From Eubacteriales bacterium (GTDB lineage Bacteria; Bacillota; Clostridia; Oscillospirales; QAKW01), in contig JAZQJH010000036.1 of NCBI GenBank assembly GCA_045541555.1, positions 44,650-108,649 of the forward strand: 64,000 nucleotides of DNA, read 5' to 3'. The translations under genes and the position numbers were made by a program. Of this stretch, positions 1 through 9,414 are shown one piece after another. Position 1 is the stretch's first letter; every line of letters begins with the position of its first letter. Under the pieces are notes generated by a model. That model worked only from the letters and a program-made list of their open reading frames with translations, made no database searches and was not told the DNA's origin.

Positions 1-349
1 TCGTCAATCGGGGGAGTGCTTTTATGCAATGGACGGGGGAAGAAAGTCTCACTCCTTGCAGGAAGGCGGCATGAAAATTGCGGCAAAGACAGTGGATGAT
101 TTACTTGCCGGTTCGCCGGTCAGCTTGATAAAAATGGATGTCGAAGGGATGGAAGCCGACGCTTTAAGCGGAGCGGCAAAAACAATAGTGCTCCATAAGC
201 CTTCTATGCAGATTGCCGCATACCATCGTTCGGAAGATTTGTTTAAACTGCCGATGATGGTTCAGGAACTTTGCCCCGGTGCAAAGATTTATCTACGTCA
301 TTTTCGGTGCTTGCCGGCTTGGGATACGGATTTTTATTTCAAGTTTTAA
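1..349 (+). CDS. FkbM family methyltransferase, 5'-truncated by the window edge
   Basis: Frame is open from position 2; motifs LIKMDVEGME and IAAYH..EDL are typical of the FkbM C-terminal half. Confidence 0.8.
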   Translation, partial: RQSGECFYAMDGGRKSHSLQEGGMKIAAKTVDDLLAGSPVSLIKMDVEGMEADALSGAAKTIVLHKPSMQIAAYHRSEDLFKLPMMVQELCPGAKIYLRHFRCLPAWDTDFYFKF

Positions 350-383
350 AGAGTTGTGCATATAATATCTTGAGGTGAGAAAT

Positions 384-521
384 GTGTCTGATTGTATTAC
401 TGTCATCATTGCTGCATTGATTATTGCGGCGTTTTTAGGAGATGGAAATCATTGCGGGACAAATCGCAGACGCCGCTCCGGAAATGATCGTTGTGATCTT
501 TCTTGCGGTTGTGATAATTAA
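384..521 (+). CDS. Unannotated 45-aa protein (hydrophobic N-terminal helix, Arg/Cys-rich tail)
   Basis: RBS GAGGTGA, GTG start, MSDCITVIIAALIIAAFLGDGNHCGTNRRRRSGNDRCDLSCGCDN, immediately followed by a terminator. Confidence 0.7.
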   Translation: MSDCITVIIAALIIAAFLGDGNHCGTNRRRRSGNDRCDLSCGCDN

Positions 522-524
522 ATG

Positions 525-555
525 AAAAACCCGCCTGCGCTGCAGGCGGTTTTTT
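525..555. terminator. Bidirectional rho-independent terminator
   Basis: aaaaacccgcctgc-gct-gcaggcggtttttt between convergent genes. Confidence 0.85.
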
Positions 556-1432
556 ATACCATTTCTTTGATGGATGCGGCATATTGCGATGGTGTCATAC
601 CGGTGGATTGCTTAAAGCGCCGGGAAAAGAATTGAAGGGAATTGTAGCCGAGACGATCGGAAATTTCGGTGAAATTGATATTCTTTTCGCGTATTAATTG
701 CTTGGCGCGGTCAATTTTACAACGATTATAATAATCAATGACACCGCATCCAATTCCTTCGCGAAACAGTTTCTTCAATGAGGATTCGCTCATCGAGAAA
801 TGCTGACAAACATCTCCGAATGAAAGCTTATTCTCTACATTATTTTCCAAGTATTGGCAGATATTTGCTAATCTGTTGTTGGTTTCGTGATCAACGTTAC
901 TTTGTTCTTTGGCTATATCTGCTCCATATTCGCGAATCACGCGGATCAAAAACTCTTCTAACTGAAGCTGAATCAATTGCTCGGCACCAAAATAGGTGTT
1001 TTCATTACGGACTAATTGTTCGACATGAAGCTTGCCCAAGGGGCTGGAAAAGGCGAGCTTTGCTTCTTTTACGATATTGGCAAGATATTTTTTGCATTTT
1101 TCCGGACAGGTTATTGTTTGACCGGCGATTGAATACAGGCAGGGGGATTTGGAGGAAAAGGAAATGATGAAGGAATTGGCCGCTTTTTCGCCGTTACAGC
1201 GGAGATTGTGAAACTCCATGGGGCTGTGAAGATAGAACTGTCCGGTTTTTAAAATGAGTTCATGGGCACCGGCGGTTATGAGCAGCTCTTCTTTATCGGC
1301 ATAGACTAATTCCCAAAAGTCGTGGAACTCGCCCGAATATGTAAAGTCTTTGGCATATTCAAAGTAGTGTATTGAAACCACGTCGTCTATTTTCAGCACT
1401 TTATTTAAGGGGGTTTTTACATAATTCATCAC
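554..1432 (-). CDS. AraC family transcriptional regulator with N-terminal cupin domain
   Basis: GEFHDFWELVY cupin; C-terminal double HTH (ISDRLGYNSLQFFSRRFKQSTGMTPSQY). Confidence 0.92.
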   Translation of the reverse strand: MMNYVKTPLNKVLKIDDVVSIHYFEYAKDFTYSGEFHDFWELVYADKEELLITAGAHELILKTGQFYLHSPMEFHNLRCNGEKAANSFIISFSSKSPCLYSIAGQTITCPEKCKKYLANIVKEAKLAFSSPLGKLHVEQLVRNENTYFGAEQLIQLQLEEFLIRVIREYGADIAKEQSNVDHETNNRLANICQYLENNVENKLSFGDVCQHFSMSESSLKKLFREGIGCGVIDYYNRCKIDRAKQLIREKNINFTEISDRLGYNSLQFFSRRFKQSTGMTPSQYAASIKEMV

Positions 1433-1565
1433 ATTTCACCTCAATTTAATATTATCATAACATACCTTTTTATAAATTTCAATAGAACCAAAAGTATAAA
1501 TTTTTAACCCGATTGTGCGTTGTTATGAAGATAGAATTATATTATAATTGAATCGTAAAAAATGA

Positions 1566-2990
1566 ATGGAGGCGTTATATATGATTCGTTTTGGTACCGG
1601 TGGATGGCGCGCCGAGATCGGTTCGGACTTTACAAAGGAAAACATTTGCCTGGTGGGGCAGGGTATTTGCGATTTGATGAAAAAAGAGGGAAAAACACAA
1701 AAGCCGGTCATTATCGGGTATGATCGACGCTTTCTTTCTAAAGAAGCCGGGCAATGGCTTGCTGAGGTCCTTGCAGGAAACGGAATTCAAGTAACCTTTT
1801 TGCGTCGGAGTGCTCCTACGCCCCTTGTTATGCATACTGTGAAGCGGCAGGGTCTTTATTATGGCTTGGAGGTTACGGCATCTCATAATCCGCCGCTCTA
1901 CAATGGTATCAAGTTGATTATCGAAGAGGGACGTGATGCCGACGTGGATACGACGGCTTTGCTGGAAGAACTAATCGATGCGGTTGAGCAGCCTAAGGCT
2001 ATTTCTTTTAAAGATGGTTTGGAGTCCGAATTGATTAAGTTTTGGGAAAACCCGTTTAACGACTTCCTGGATGATATTATCAGCGTATTGGACGTGCAGG
2101 CGATCCGCAACCGCGGTTTGAGAATACTCTTTGATTCCATGCACGGAAGCGCAACCTATCCCATGATGGCTATTTTCTATACCGCTCGGTGTACTTTGGA
2201 TCTTATTAATAGTAATAAAGATGCCTTTTTTGGCGGTATGATGCCGGCTCCTACCGAAGTCACTTTGCAGTCGCTGGCACGGCAGGTGGTTGAGGGGGAA
2301 TATGATCTTGGTATCGGCGTGGATGGTGATGGAGACCGGCTGGGTATTATTGACCACGACGGAAACTACATTAACGCTAATCAGATCTTGGTTCTGCTTT
2401 ACTATTATCTCCATGAATACAAGGGTTGGAAAGGTCCGGTTGTCCGTAATCTTGCCACCAGCCATATGCTGGATGCGGTGGCTAAGGATTTAGGCGAGGA
2501 GTGCTATGAGGTTCCTGTCGGCTTTAAATACATTTCTTCCAAAATTGATGAGGTGGATGCCTTATTAGGCGGTGAATCCTCCGGTGGTCTTACGGTACGT
2601 GGTCACATTCATGGAAAAGATTCCATTTACGCCGCTTCGCTTTTTGTGGAAATGATTTGTAAAACCGGGAAATCCCCCAGCGAGTTTTTGGCTGAGTTGG
2701 AAGAAAAGTATGGGAAGTATGAAATGGTAGAGTTTAACCTTCCTTTTGCACCAGAAGCCAAAGAAGAAATTATGAATCGTGTCATGGTGGAACGCGTACT
2801 GCCCGACTTCATGAAGAAAGTCGTACGCGTAAACTATGAGGATGGCTGTAAAGTGTATTTTGACGATGATTCCTTCGTGATTTGCCGCTTTAGCGGTACA
2901 GAACCCTTGCTTCGCATTTTCGCTGAAGGTAAAAATGCTGAGCAGGCTGAAAGCTATATTCAGGCTTGGAAAGAGCTCTTAAATCTTTAA
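1566..2990 (+). CDS. Phosphoglucomutase/phosphomannomutase family protein
   Basis: RFGTGGWR, TASHNP phosphoserine loop, DGDGDR metal loop, GGESSGG, RFSGTEP. Confidence 0.93.
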   Translation: MEALYMIRFGTGGWRAEIGSDFTKENICLVGQGICDLMKKEGKTQKPVIIGYDRRFLSKEAGQWLAEVLAGNGIQVTFLRRSAPTPLVMHTVKRQGLYYGLEVTASHNPPLYNGIKLIIEEGRDADVDTTALLEELIDAVEQPKAISFKDGLESELIKFWENPFNDFLDDIISVLDVQAIRNRGLRILFDSMHGSATYPMMAIFYTARCTLDLINSNKDAFFGGMMPAPTEVTLQSLARQVVEGEYDLGIGVDGDGDRLGIIDHDGNYINANQILVLLYYYLHEYKGWKGPVVRNLATSHMLDAVAKDLGEECYEVPVGFKYISSKIDEVDALLGGESSGGLTVRGHIHGKDSIYAASLFVEMICKTGKSPSEFLAELEEKYGKYEMVEFNLPFAPEAKEEIMNRVMVERVLPDFMKKVVRVNYEDGCKVYFDDDSFVICRFSGTEPLLRIFAEGKNAEQAESYIQAWKELLNL

Positions 2991-2992
2991 AT

Positions 2993-3021
2993 AAAAAAAC
3001 GGCTGTTGCAGCCGTTTTTTT
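2993..3021 (+). terminator. Rho-independent terminator
   Basis: aaaaaaacggctg-ttg-cagccgttttttt. Confidence 0.85.
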
Positions 3022-3126
3022 ATTTGTTTGTGATGTTTATATTTGCAATGTAAAATGATTTTTTATGCAATTGATTTGTAAAAAGAAAGTAATATAATCA
3101 TATTAGAATATAAAAGGAGGGCGTAT

Positions 3127-3963
3127 ATGCTGAATTTGAAAATGGCCGCGTTTGCCGATGAAGCGTCGGCTGGGTTAGAAGGGCAGATCGCTGCAATGAA
3201 GCGCAACGGCATTTCAATGCTGGAAATCAGGCAGGTAGGAGAGAAAAATATCTCCGCTGTGGAAAAGGGCGAAGCAAATGAAATTCGCAAAATGATGGAT
3301 GATAACGGTTTGTCCGTCTGGTCCATCGGGTCTCCCACCGGGAAAATTAAATTAAGCGATGAATTTGAAGCGCATTTGGATCAGTTCCGTCACCAATTGG
3401 AGTTGGCTAAGATTTTGGGCGCAAAGCATTTTCGCTTGTTTAGTTTTTATGAGGCGGACGACAGTGAAGGCGCCTTTGATCTGGTCGGCGAACGATTGGA
3501 AGCTTTTCTCAGTGCCGCAAAAGGGAGCGGCGTTATAATCTGCCATGAGAATGAAAAAGGCATTTATGGTGATACAGCAGCGCGTTGCTTGAAGCTCTAT
3601 CGTGCATTGCCGGAACTCAAGGGGATCTTTGATCCTGCGAATTTCCTGCAGTGCGGAGAGGATACTTTAGCAGCATGGGAACTTTTGGCACCCTATATTG
3701 AATATATGCACATTAAAGACTGCAATGCAGAAGGCAAGATCGTCTTGCCCGGAACCGGATGCGGAAACTTGGTTCAGCTTATAAAGAAATATGCCGATCA
3801 AGGCGGAGAAGTCGTGACCTTGGAGCCTCATTTGATGGAGTTTGTCGGATTGGATCAGCTGGAAAACGGAGAAAAGACGGAATCTGCTGTTGCTTATAAG
3901 AATAACGATGAATCTTTTGATGCGGCTGCTGCTGCATTGAGAAATATGATTATGGAGGGTTAA
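3127..3963 (+). CDS. Sugar phosphate isomerase/epimerase (xylose-isomerase-like TIM barrel)
   Basis: Metal-site motifs HENE, FDPAN, MHIKD, LEPH. Confidence 0.87.
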   Translation: MLNLKMAAFADEASAGLEGQIAAMKRNGISMLEIRQVGEKNISAVEKGEANEIRKMMDDNGLSVWSIGSPTGKIKLSDEFEAHLDQFRHQLELAKILGAKHFRLFSFYEADDSEGAFDLVGERLEAFLSAAKGSGVIICHENEKGIYGDTAARCLKLYRALPELKGIFDPANFLQCGEDTLAAWELLAPYIEYMHIKDCNAEGKIVLPGTGCGNLVQLIKKYADQGGEVVTLEPHLMEFVGLDQLENGEKTESAVAYKNNDESFDAAAAALRNMIMEG

Positions 3964-3966
3964 AAA

Positions 3967-4731
3967 ATGAAAGTCGGAGCACAAATGTATACCATTCGGG
4001 AGTTTTGCAAGACTCCTGAGAATATCGTGAAGTCTTTGGAACGATTGGCAGAAATGGGAGTTGATTGCGTTCATTTTTCCGGCTGCGGTCCGATTGATCC
4101 TAAACTTTTGAGAGAAACTTGCGAAAGATTGGGAATTGAAATTGTATTAACGCACGTCCCCTTTGAGCGGCTGATTAATGAAACCGATCAAGTGATAGAA
4201 GAGCATAAATTGATGGGCTGTAAATGCATTGGTCTTGGCGCAGTGCCGAAGGAAATGAGAAATTCTCCGGAAGATATTGAAGCCTTTCTCGATATGATCA
4301 AAGAGCCGATTGCAAAGATCCGTGCCGCAGGAATGCGGTTCAATTATCATAACCATGCGTATGAATTTAATCGCTTTAACGGCAAGCCGATTATGGAGCA
4401 AATCTTGGAACGCTATAGCGCTGAGGAGATGGGAATTACCTTAGATACATACTGGGTTCATCAGAGCGGCGCAGATCTTTATCCGTGGATTGAAAAAATG
4501 TCCGGACGTCTGGCGTATACTCACATTAAAGATCAGATTTTGGAGCCGGATGGAAAGACTGCTAAAATGGCACCGATTGGGGACGGTCATATGAATTTTC
4601 CCGGCATTATGGCGGCTTTGAAAAAAGCCGGTACGGAATATGTCTTTATTGAGCAGGATTGTTGCTATGAGCAAGATCCCTTTGAATGCTTGGAACGTAG
4701 TTTTGCTTATTTGAAATCCATCGGATATTAA
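3967..4731 (+). CDS. Sugar phosphate isomerase/epimerase (xylose-isomerase-like TIM barrel)
   Basis: YHNHAYEF, LDTYWV, HIKD, IEQD motifs. Confidence 0.87.
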   Translation: MKVGAQMYTIREFCKTPENIVKSLERLAEMGVDCVHFSGCGPIDPKLLRETCERLGIEIVLTHVPFERLINETDQVIEEHKLMGCKCIGLGAVPKEMRNSPEDIEAFLDMIKEPIAKIRAAGMRFNYHNHAYEFNRFNGKPIMEQILERYSAEEMGITLDTYWVHQSGADLYPWIEKMSGRLAYTHIKDQILEPDGKTAKMAPIGDGHMNFPGIMAALKKAGTEYVFIEQDCCYEQDPFECLERSFAYLKSIGY

Positions 4732-4743
4732 GGGGGAAATACA

Positions 4744-5889
4744 ATGAAAAAGGTTAAACTTGGAATTATCGGCATTGGAAATATGGGGACGACCCACAGT
4801 AAAAACATCATGGAGGGGAAGTGCCCTGAAATTGAGTTGGTAGCGGTGGCGGATAGCAATCCGGATCGTTTGAAATGGATCGAGGAAACATATCCGGAGG
4901 TCAAGCGCTTTGATACCGCGGAAGCTATGCTGGATAGTGGAATTCTGGATGCTTGCCTGGTTGCGGTCCCGCATTATGATCATCCGCATTACGCAATGGA
5001 ATGTTTCAAGCGTCATATTCACGTCATGGTTGAAAAGCCTGCCGGTGTATATACCAAGCAGGTGCGTGAGATGAATGAGATGGCCAAGAAGAGTGATGTG
5101 ATTTTTGGTATGATGTTCAATCAGCGTACCAATCCTCTTTATATTAAGATGCGTGAAATTATGCAGAGCGGTGAATTGGGCGCTTTGCGGCGTACTAACT
5201 GGGTCATCACCAACTGGTATCGCTCTCAGTATTATTATGATAGCGGTGCTTGGCGTGCCACCTGGAGCGGAGAAGGCGGCGGTGTTTTGCTGAATCAGTG
5301 CCCCCATCAGCTGGATCTCTGGCAATGGATCTGCGGTATGCCTGCAAAGGTGGATGTCAAGATGCATTTCGGCAAGTGGCACGATATTGAGGTTGAGGAT
5401 GATGTGACTGCTTACGTAGAATATCCTAATGGAGCAACCGGCCTGTTCGTTACCAGTACCGGTGATTGGCCCGGCAGTAATCGTTTTGAGATCACCTGTG
5501 AAAAAGGCCAAATGATTGCTGAAGGTAAAAAACTCACAATCTCTCGTCTGAATACTTCTTTGGTCGGTTTTGAAACTGATACTCCTTTTGGAAAACCGTC
5601 CGTTAAAGAAGAGGTGCTTGAATTTGATTCCGGCGAAAAGCATCCCGGTGTCTTGAATGCATTTGCAAAAGCTATTTTGGAGGGTACTCCGTTGCTGGCT
5701 GATGGAGAAGAAGGGATTAACGGCCTTACGCTCTCCAATGCCATCCACTTATCTGCTTTTACCGGAAAGGCAGTGGAATTGCCGTTTGATGAAGATCTCT
5801 ATTATGAAGAACTGATGAAGCGTGTGAAAACCTCTCGCAGAAAAGAAACGGTAAAGAGCACGGTTGCAAATACTGAGGGAACTTATTAA
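4744..5889 (+). CDS. Gfo/Idh/MocA family oxidoreductase
   Basis: GIIGIGNMG Rossmann motif, EKP, GGGVLLNQCPHQLD. Confidence 0.92.
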   Translation: MKKVKLGIIGIGNMGTTHSKNIMEGKCPEIELVAVADSNPDRLKWIEETYPEVKRFDTAEAMLDSGILDACLVAVPHYDHPHYAMECFKRHIHVMVEKPAGVYTKQVREMNEMAKKSDVIFGMMFNQRTNPLYIKMREIMQSGELGALRRTNWVITNWYRSQYYYDSGAWRATWSGEGGGVLLNQCPHQLDLWQWICGMPAKVDVKMHFGKWHDIEVEDDVTAYVEYPNGATGLFVTSTGDWPGSNRFEITCEKGQMIAEGKKLTISRLNTSLVGFETDTPFGKPSVKEEVLEFDSGEKHPGVLNAFAKAILEGTPLLADGEEGINGLTLSNAIHLSAFTGKAVELPFDEDLYYEELMKRVKTSRRKETVKSTVANTEGTY

Positions 5890-7061
5890 TGGGCGATGTT
5901 ATAAGAATTGGTGTAATCGGCGTTGGAACGATGGGTTATGCGCACGCGCGTCATTTGGCAGAGAATAAAGTCGAGGGTGCAGGATTAACTGCGCTTTGCG
6001 ACATCAATCCGGACCGGCGCGCCGAACTCTCCGATTTGTTTCCTAATGTTGCACTTTTTGAGGATGCCGAGCAGCTTTTTGCTGCAAAAATATGCGATGC
6101 TGTCATTATTGCGACTCCGCATTATGAACATCCTACTATTGGAATTCGCGCCTTTGAGTGCGGTCTTCACGTTGTTTCCGAAAAGCCTATGGCAGTTCAG
6201 CTCAGCGCGGCTAAAGCGTTTATTGATGCTGCCCAAAATAGCGGAAAAACCTTCTGTGTGATGTTTAATCAGCGCTGTAACCCTCTTTTTCAAAAAGCAA
6301 GGGAACTTGTTCAAAACGGTGTGATTGGACAGCCTAAGCGCTTAAATTGGATCATTACGAATTGGTATCGTACACAGTATTATTACGATAGTGGCTCCTG
6401 GCGCGCTACATGGCGTGGTGAAGGTGGGGGAGTATTGATGAATCAAGCTCCTCATAATCTGGATCTGATGCAATGGATCTTTGGGATGCCGAAGCGCGTA
6501 CGTGCTTTCTGCTCGGTGGGAAAGTATCACCATATTGAGGTGGAGGACGAAGCGCTCATTTACGGAGAGTATGATAATGGTGCGACGGCAGTGTTTCATA
6601 CTTCGACGGGGGAATTTCCCGGCACCAATCGCTTGGAGATTACCGGTGATCGTGGCAAAATGGTGCTGGAAAACGGTGTGCTGAAACTTTGGAAACTGCA
6701 AAAGCCGGAGCGTGAATTTTGTTTTGAAAGTAAAAAGTCTTTTAATAAGATTCCCATGGAATATGAAGAGATGAGTTTTCCGTCAAGCCATAAGGCTCAT
6801 GGAATCGTATTGCAAAATTTTGTAAATCATATTTTGTACGATGAGCCTTTACTTTCTGATGGTTGCGAAGCAATCCGTGAAGTAACGCTTTGTAATGCGG
6901 CTTATCTCTCTTCCTGGCAGGATTCTTGGGTGGAGTTGCCCTTTGACGAAAAAATTTTTAATGCTGAATTAGAAAAAAGAATTGCCGGTTCTCGGATCAG
7001 AGAATATGCGGCGGCATCCGAAAATGAAGAATATCAAGAACGCTGGCAAGTACGTTGGTAA
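5889..7061 (+). CDS. Gfo/Idh/MocA family oxidoreductase (paralog of the upstream gene)
   Basis: GVIGVGTMG, EKP, GGGVLMNQAPHNLD; TAATG stop/start overlap. Confidence 0.92.
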   Translation: MGDVIRIGVIGVGTMGYAHARHLAENKVEGAGLTALCDINPDRRAELSDLFPNVALFEDAEQLFAAKICDAVIIATPHYEHPTIGIRAFECGLHVVSEKPMAVQLSAAKAFIDAAQNSGKTFCVMFNQRCNPLFQKARELVQNGVIGQPKRLNWIITNWYRTQYYYDSGSWRATWRGEGGGVLMNQAPHNLDLMQWIFGMPKRVRAFCSVGKYHHIEVEDEALIYGEYDNGATAVFHTSTGEFPGTNRLEITGDRGKMVLENGVLKLWKLQKPEREFCFESKKSFNKIPMEYEEMSFPSSHKAHGIVLQNFVNHILYDEPLLSDGCEAIREVTLCNAAYLSSWQDSWVELPFDEKIFNAELEKRIAGSRIREYAAASENEEYQERWQVRW

Positions 7062-7065
7062 AATA

Positions 7066-7095
7066 AAAAGCTGCGACCAAACGGTCGCAGCTTTT
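7066..7095. terminator. Bidirectional terminator
   Basis: aaaagctgcgacc-aaac-ggtcgcagctttt. Confidence 0.88.
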
Positions 7096-7104
7096 ATATT
7101 TAGT

Positions 7105-9207
7105 TTAGAAAATGCTGAAATTTACCACTAAAGCGGCAAATACAATGGAAACCATTGAAAGTAGTTTGATCAGGATGTTGATCGAGGGGCCGGAAGTGTC
7201 CTTGAAAGGATCGCCGACGGTATCTCCCACAACGGCAGCTTTATGCTGATCGGAGCCTTTGCCGCCGTGTTCACCGCTTTCAATATATTTCTTGGCATTA
7301 TCCCAGGCACCGCCGGAATTGGACATGAAGATCGCCAGCAAAAAGCCGGAAACGGTTGCTCCTGCAAGCATGCCGACGACACCGGTGACACCGAGAACCA
7401 AGCCGACCAGGACGGGAACAACGATTGCAACCACGGTGGGGAGAATCATTTCGCGTAAGCTGGACTTGGTGCAGAGGTCTACACAAGAGGCATAGTCAGG
7501 ATCTGCTTTTCCGTCCATCAAACCGGCAATCTCTTTAAATTGACGGCGTACTTCCAAAACGACGGACTGTGCGGCTTTACCGACGGATTCCATCGTCAAT
7601 GCGGCAAACACAAAGGGAAGGCAAGCGCCAATGAAAAGACCGATCAGGACGGTGGGATTCATCAGACTGAGGTTGGCAATCTTGGCGGCACCGCCTTCGA
7701 TGGTGTGAACTTTATCGATATAAGATGCCATCAATGCGAGAGCGGTCAGTGCAGCGGAACCAATGGCGAAACCTTTGCCGGTTGCTGCGGTGGTGTTGCC
7801 CAGAGAGTCAAGTGCATCGGTGCGCTGACGAACCTCAGGATCCAAGCCTGCCATTTCGGCGATACCGCCGGCATTATCGGCAACCGGTCCGTAAGCATCG
7901 GTAGCAAGGGTGATGCCCAGGGTGGAGAGCATACCGACTGCGGCCAGTGCGATGCCATAAAGTCCCATGTTACCGTCTGTATTAGTAAAGCCACCGGAAA
8001 CAAAGTAGGCAATCAAAACACAGACGGAGATGATGAGGATGGGAAGGGCGGTGGAAAGCATCCCGAGCGAAAGACCGCCGATGATGATGGTGGCAGAGCC
8101 GGTTTCAGAGTTGTCGCTTAGTTTTTTAGTGGGTTTATAACTGTCAGAGGTGAAGTATTCGGTGGATTGGCCGATGAGCACACCGGAAACAAGACCGGCG
8201 ATAATAGCGAAATAAAGACCGATGTTTTCTTTGCCCAGCAGGAACCAGACCATCGGCAAGGCAATGAGTGCGATAAGGATTGCACTGAAGTTTGTGCCAC
8301 GGCTCAGGGCTTTCAAAAGGCTCTTCTGAGAAGCGCCCTCTTTGGTACGTACCAAAAACGTTCCAAATACAGAGCAAATAATACCGATAGCTGCCATCAG
8401 CATGGGGAGCGCCATGGCTCTGATGTTGCCGTTAAAGGCTGCTACGCCGAGGGCGGAGGCGGAGATGATAGAGCCAACGTAAGATTCATAAAGATCTGCG
8501 CCCATACCGGCTACGTCGCCTACATTATCACCCACGTTATCGGCGATGACGGCAGGATTCCGGGGGTCATCTTCCGGGATGCCGGCTTCAACTTTACCGA
8601 CCAGGTCGGCCCCAACGTCTGCGGCTTTTGTAAAGATACCGCCGCCCACGCGGGCAAAGAGTGCCATGGATGATGCGCCCATACCAAAGGTTAACATTGC
8701 GCCGGTAATGGCGGCAGGCTCCAATTTAAAGACATACTTCAGGAGCATGAACCATATAGAGATGTCCAAAAGACCGAGACCTACAACAGTAAAGCCCATG
8801 ACAGATCCGGCAGAGAAGGCTACGCGTAAACCGCGGTTGAGCCCTTCTTGGCAGGCGTTCGCGGTACGGCTGTTGGCGGCGGTGGCAATTTTCATGCCGA
8901 TAAAACCGGAAAGACCGGAGAAGAAGCCACCTGTGACAAATGCGAAGGGTACGTACCATGTCAACAACTCAAATGCTGCCATGATGCACAAAAGGACGAA
9001 CATGCAAGCGAAAAAGATGGATACGATGGTATATTGACGTTTTAAATAGGCGTTTGCGCCTTTGCGGATCGAACCAGCGATTTTTTTCATCAGGTCGGTT
9101 CCTTCGGAGAATTTCAGCACTTTTTTTGCCATGAAAATTGCAAAAAGCAGTGCCACCACTGCTCCGAAAAAGGTGAAGAACACCAGGCTGTTTTCCAAGT
9201 TGAACAT
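7105..9207 (-). CDS. hppA: Membrane-bound K+-dependent ion-translocating pyrophosphatase (probable Na+,H+-PPase)
   Basis: [26 protein letters not shown] (Ala, K+-dependent type), [14 protein letters not shown]. Confidence 0.95.
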   Translation of the reverse strand: MFNLENSLVFFTFFGAVVALLFAIFMAKKVLKFSEGTDLMKKIAGSIRKGANAYLKRQYTIVSIFFACMFVLLCIMAAFELLTWYVPFAFVTGGFFSGLSGFIGMKIATAANSRTANACQEGLNRGLRVAFSAGSVMGFTVVGLGLLDISIWFMLLKYVFKLEPAAITGAMLTFGMGASSMALFARVGGGIFTKAADVGADLVGKVEAGIPEDDPRNPAVIADNVGDNVGDVAGMGADLYESYVGSIISASALGVAAFNGNIRAMALPMLMAAIGIICSVFGTFLVRTKEGASQKSLLKALSRGTNFSAILIALIALPMVWFLLGKENIGLYFAIIAGLVSGVLIGQSTEYFTSDSYKPTKKLSDNSETGSATIIIGGLSLGMLSTALPILIISVCVLIAYFVSGGFTNTDGNMGLYGIALAAVGMLSTLGITLATDAYGPVADNAGGIAEMAGLDPEVRQRTDALDSLGNTTAATGKGFAIGSAALTALALMASYIDKVHTIEGGAAKIANLSLMNPTVLIGLFIGACLPFVFAALTMESVGKAAQSVVLEVRRQFKEIAGLMDGKADPDYASCVDLCTKSSLREMILPTVVAIVVPVLVGLVLGVTGVVGMLAGATVSGFLLAIFMSNSGGAWDNAKKYIESGEHGGKGSDQHKAAVVGDTVGDPFKDTSGPSINILIKLLSMVSIVFAALVVNFSIF

Positions 9208-9414
9208 TAAAAAACTTCCTTTCTAAATACATTTATCAGAAAACATGTTGATTTTATCACTTTTTTTCTTATTTCTCAAGAGTATTTTCTAATTTTAATA
9301 ATGTTTTCTGTTATGTTAAGAAAAAATATTTGCTTATTTGGCAAATCGTGTTATAATATACAAAATGCATAAATAGTTAATTATATTTTTATTGATAAAA
9401 TTGGAGGGATTAGC

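Noticed and set aside
3041-3075. TGCAAT direct repeats 22 bp apart as AraC half-sites
   Set aside because: Too short to distinguish from AT-rich background
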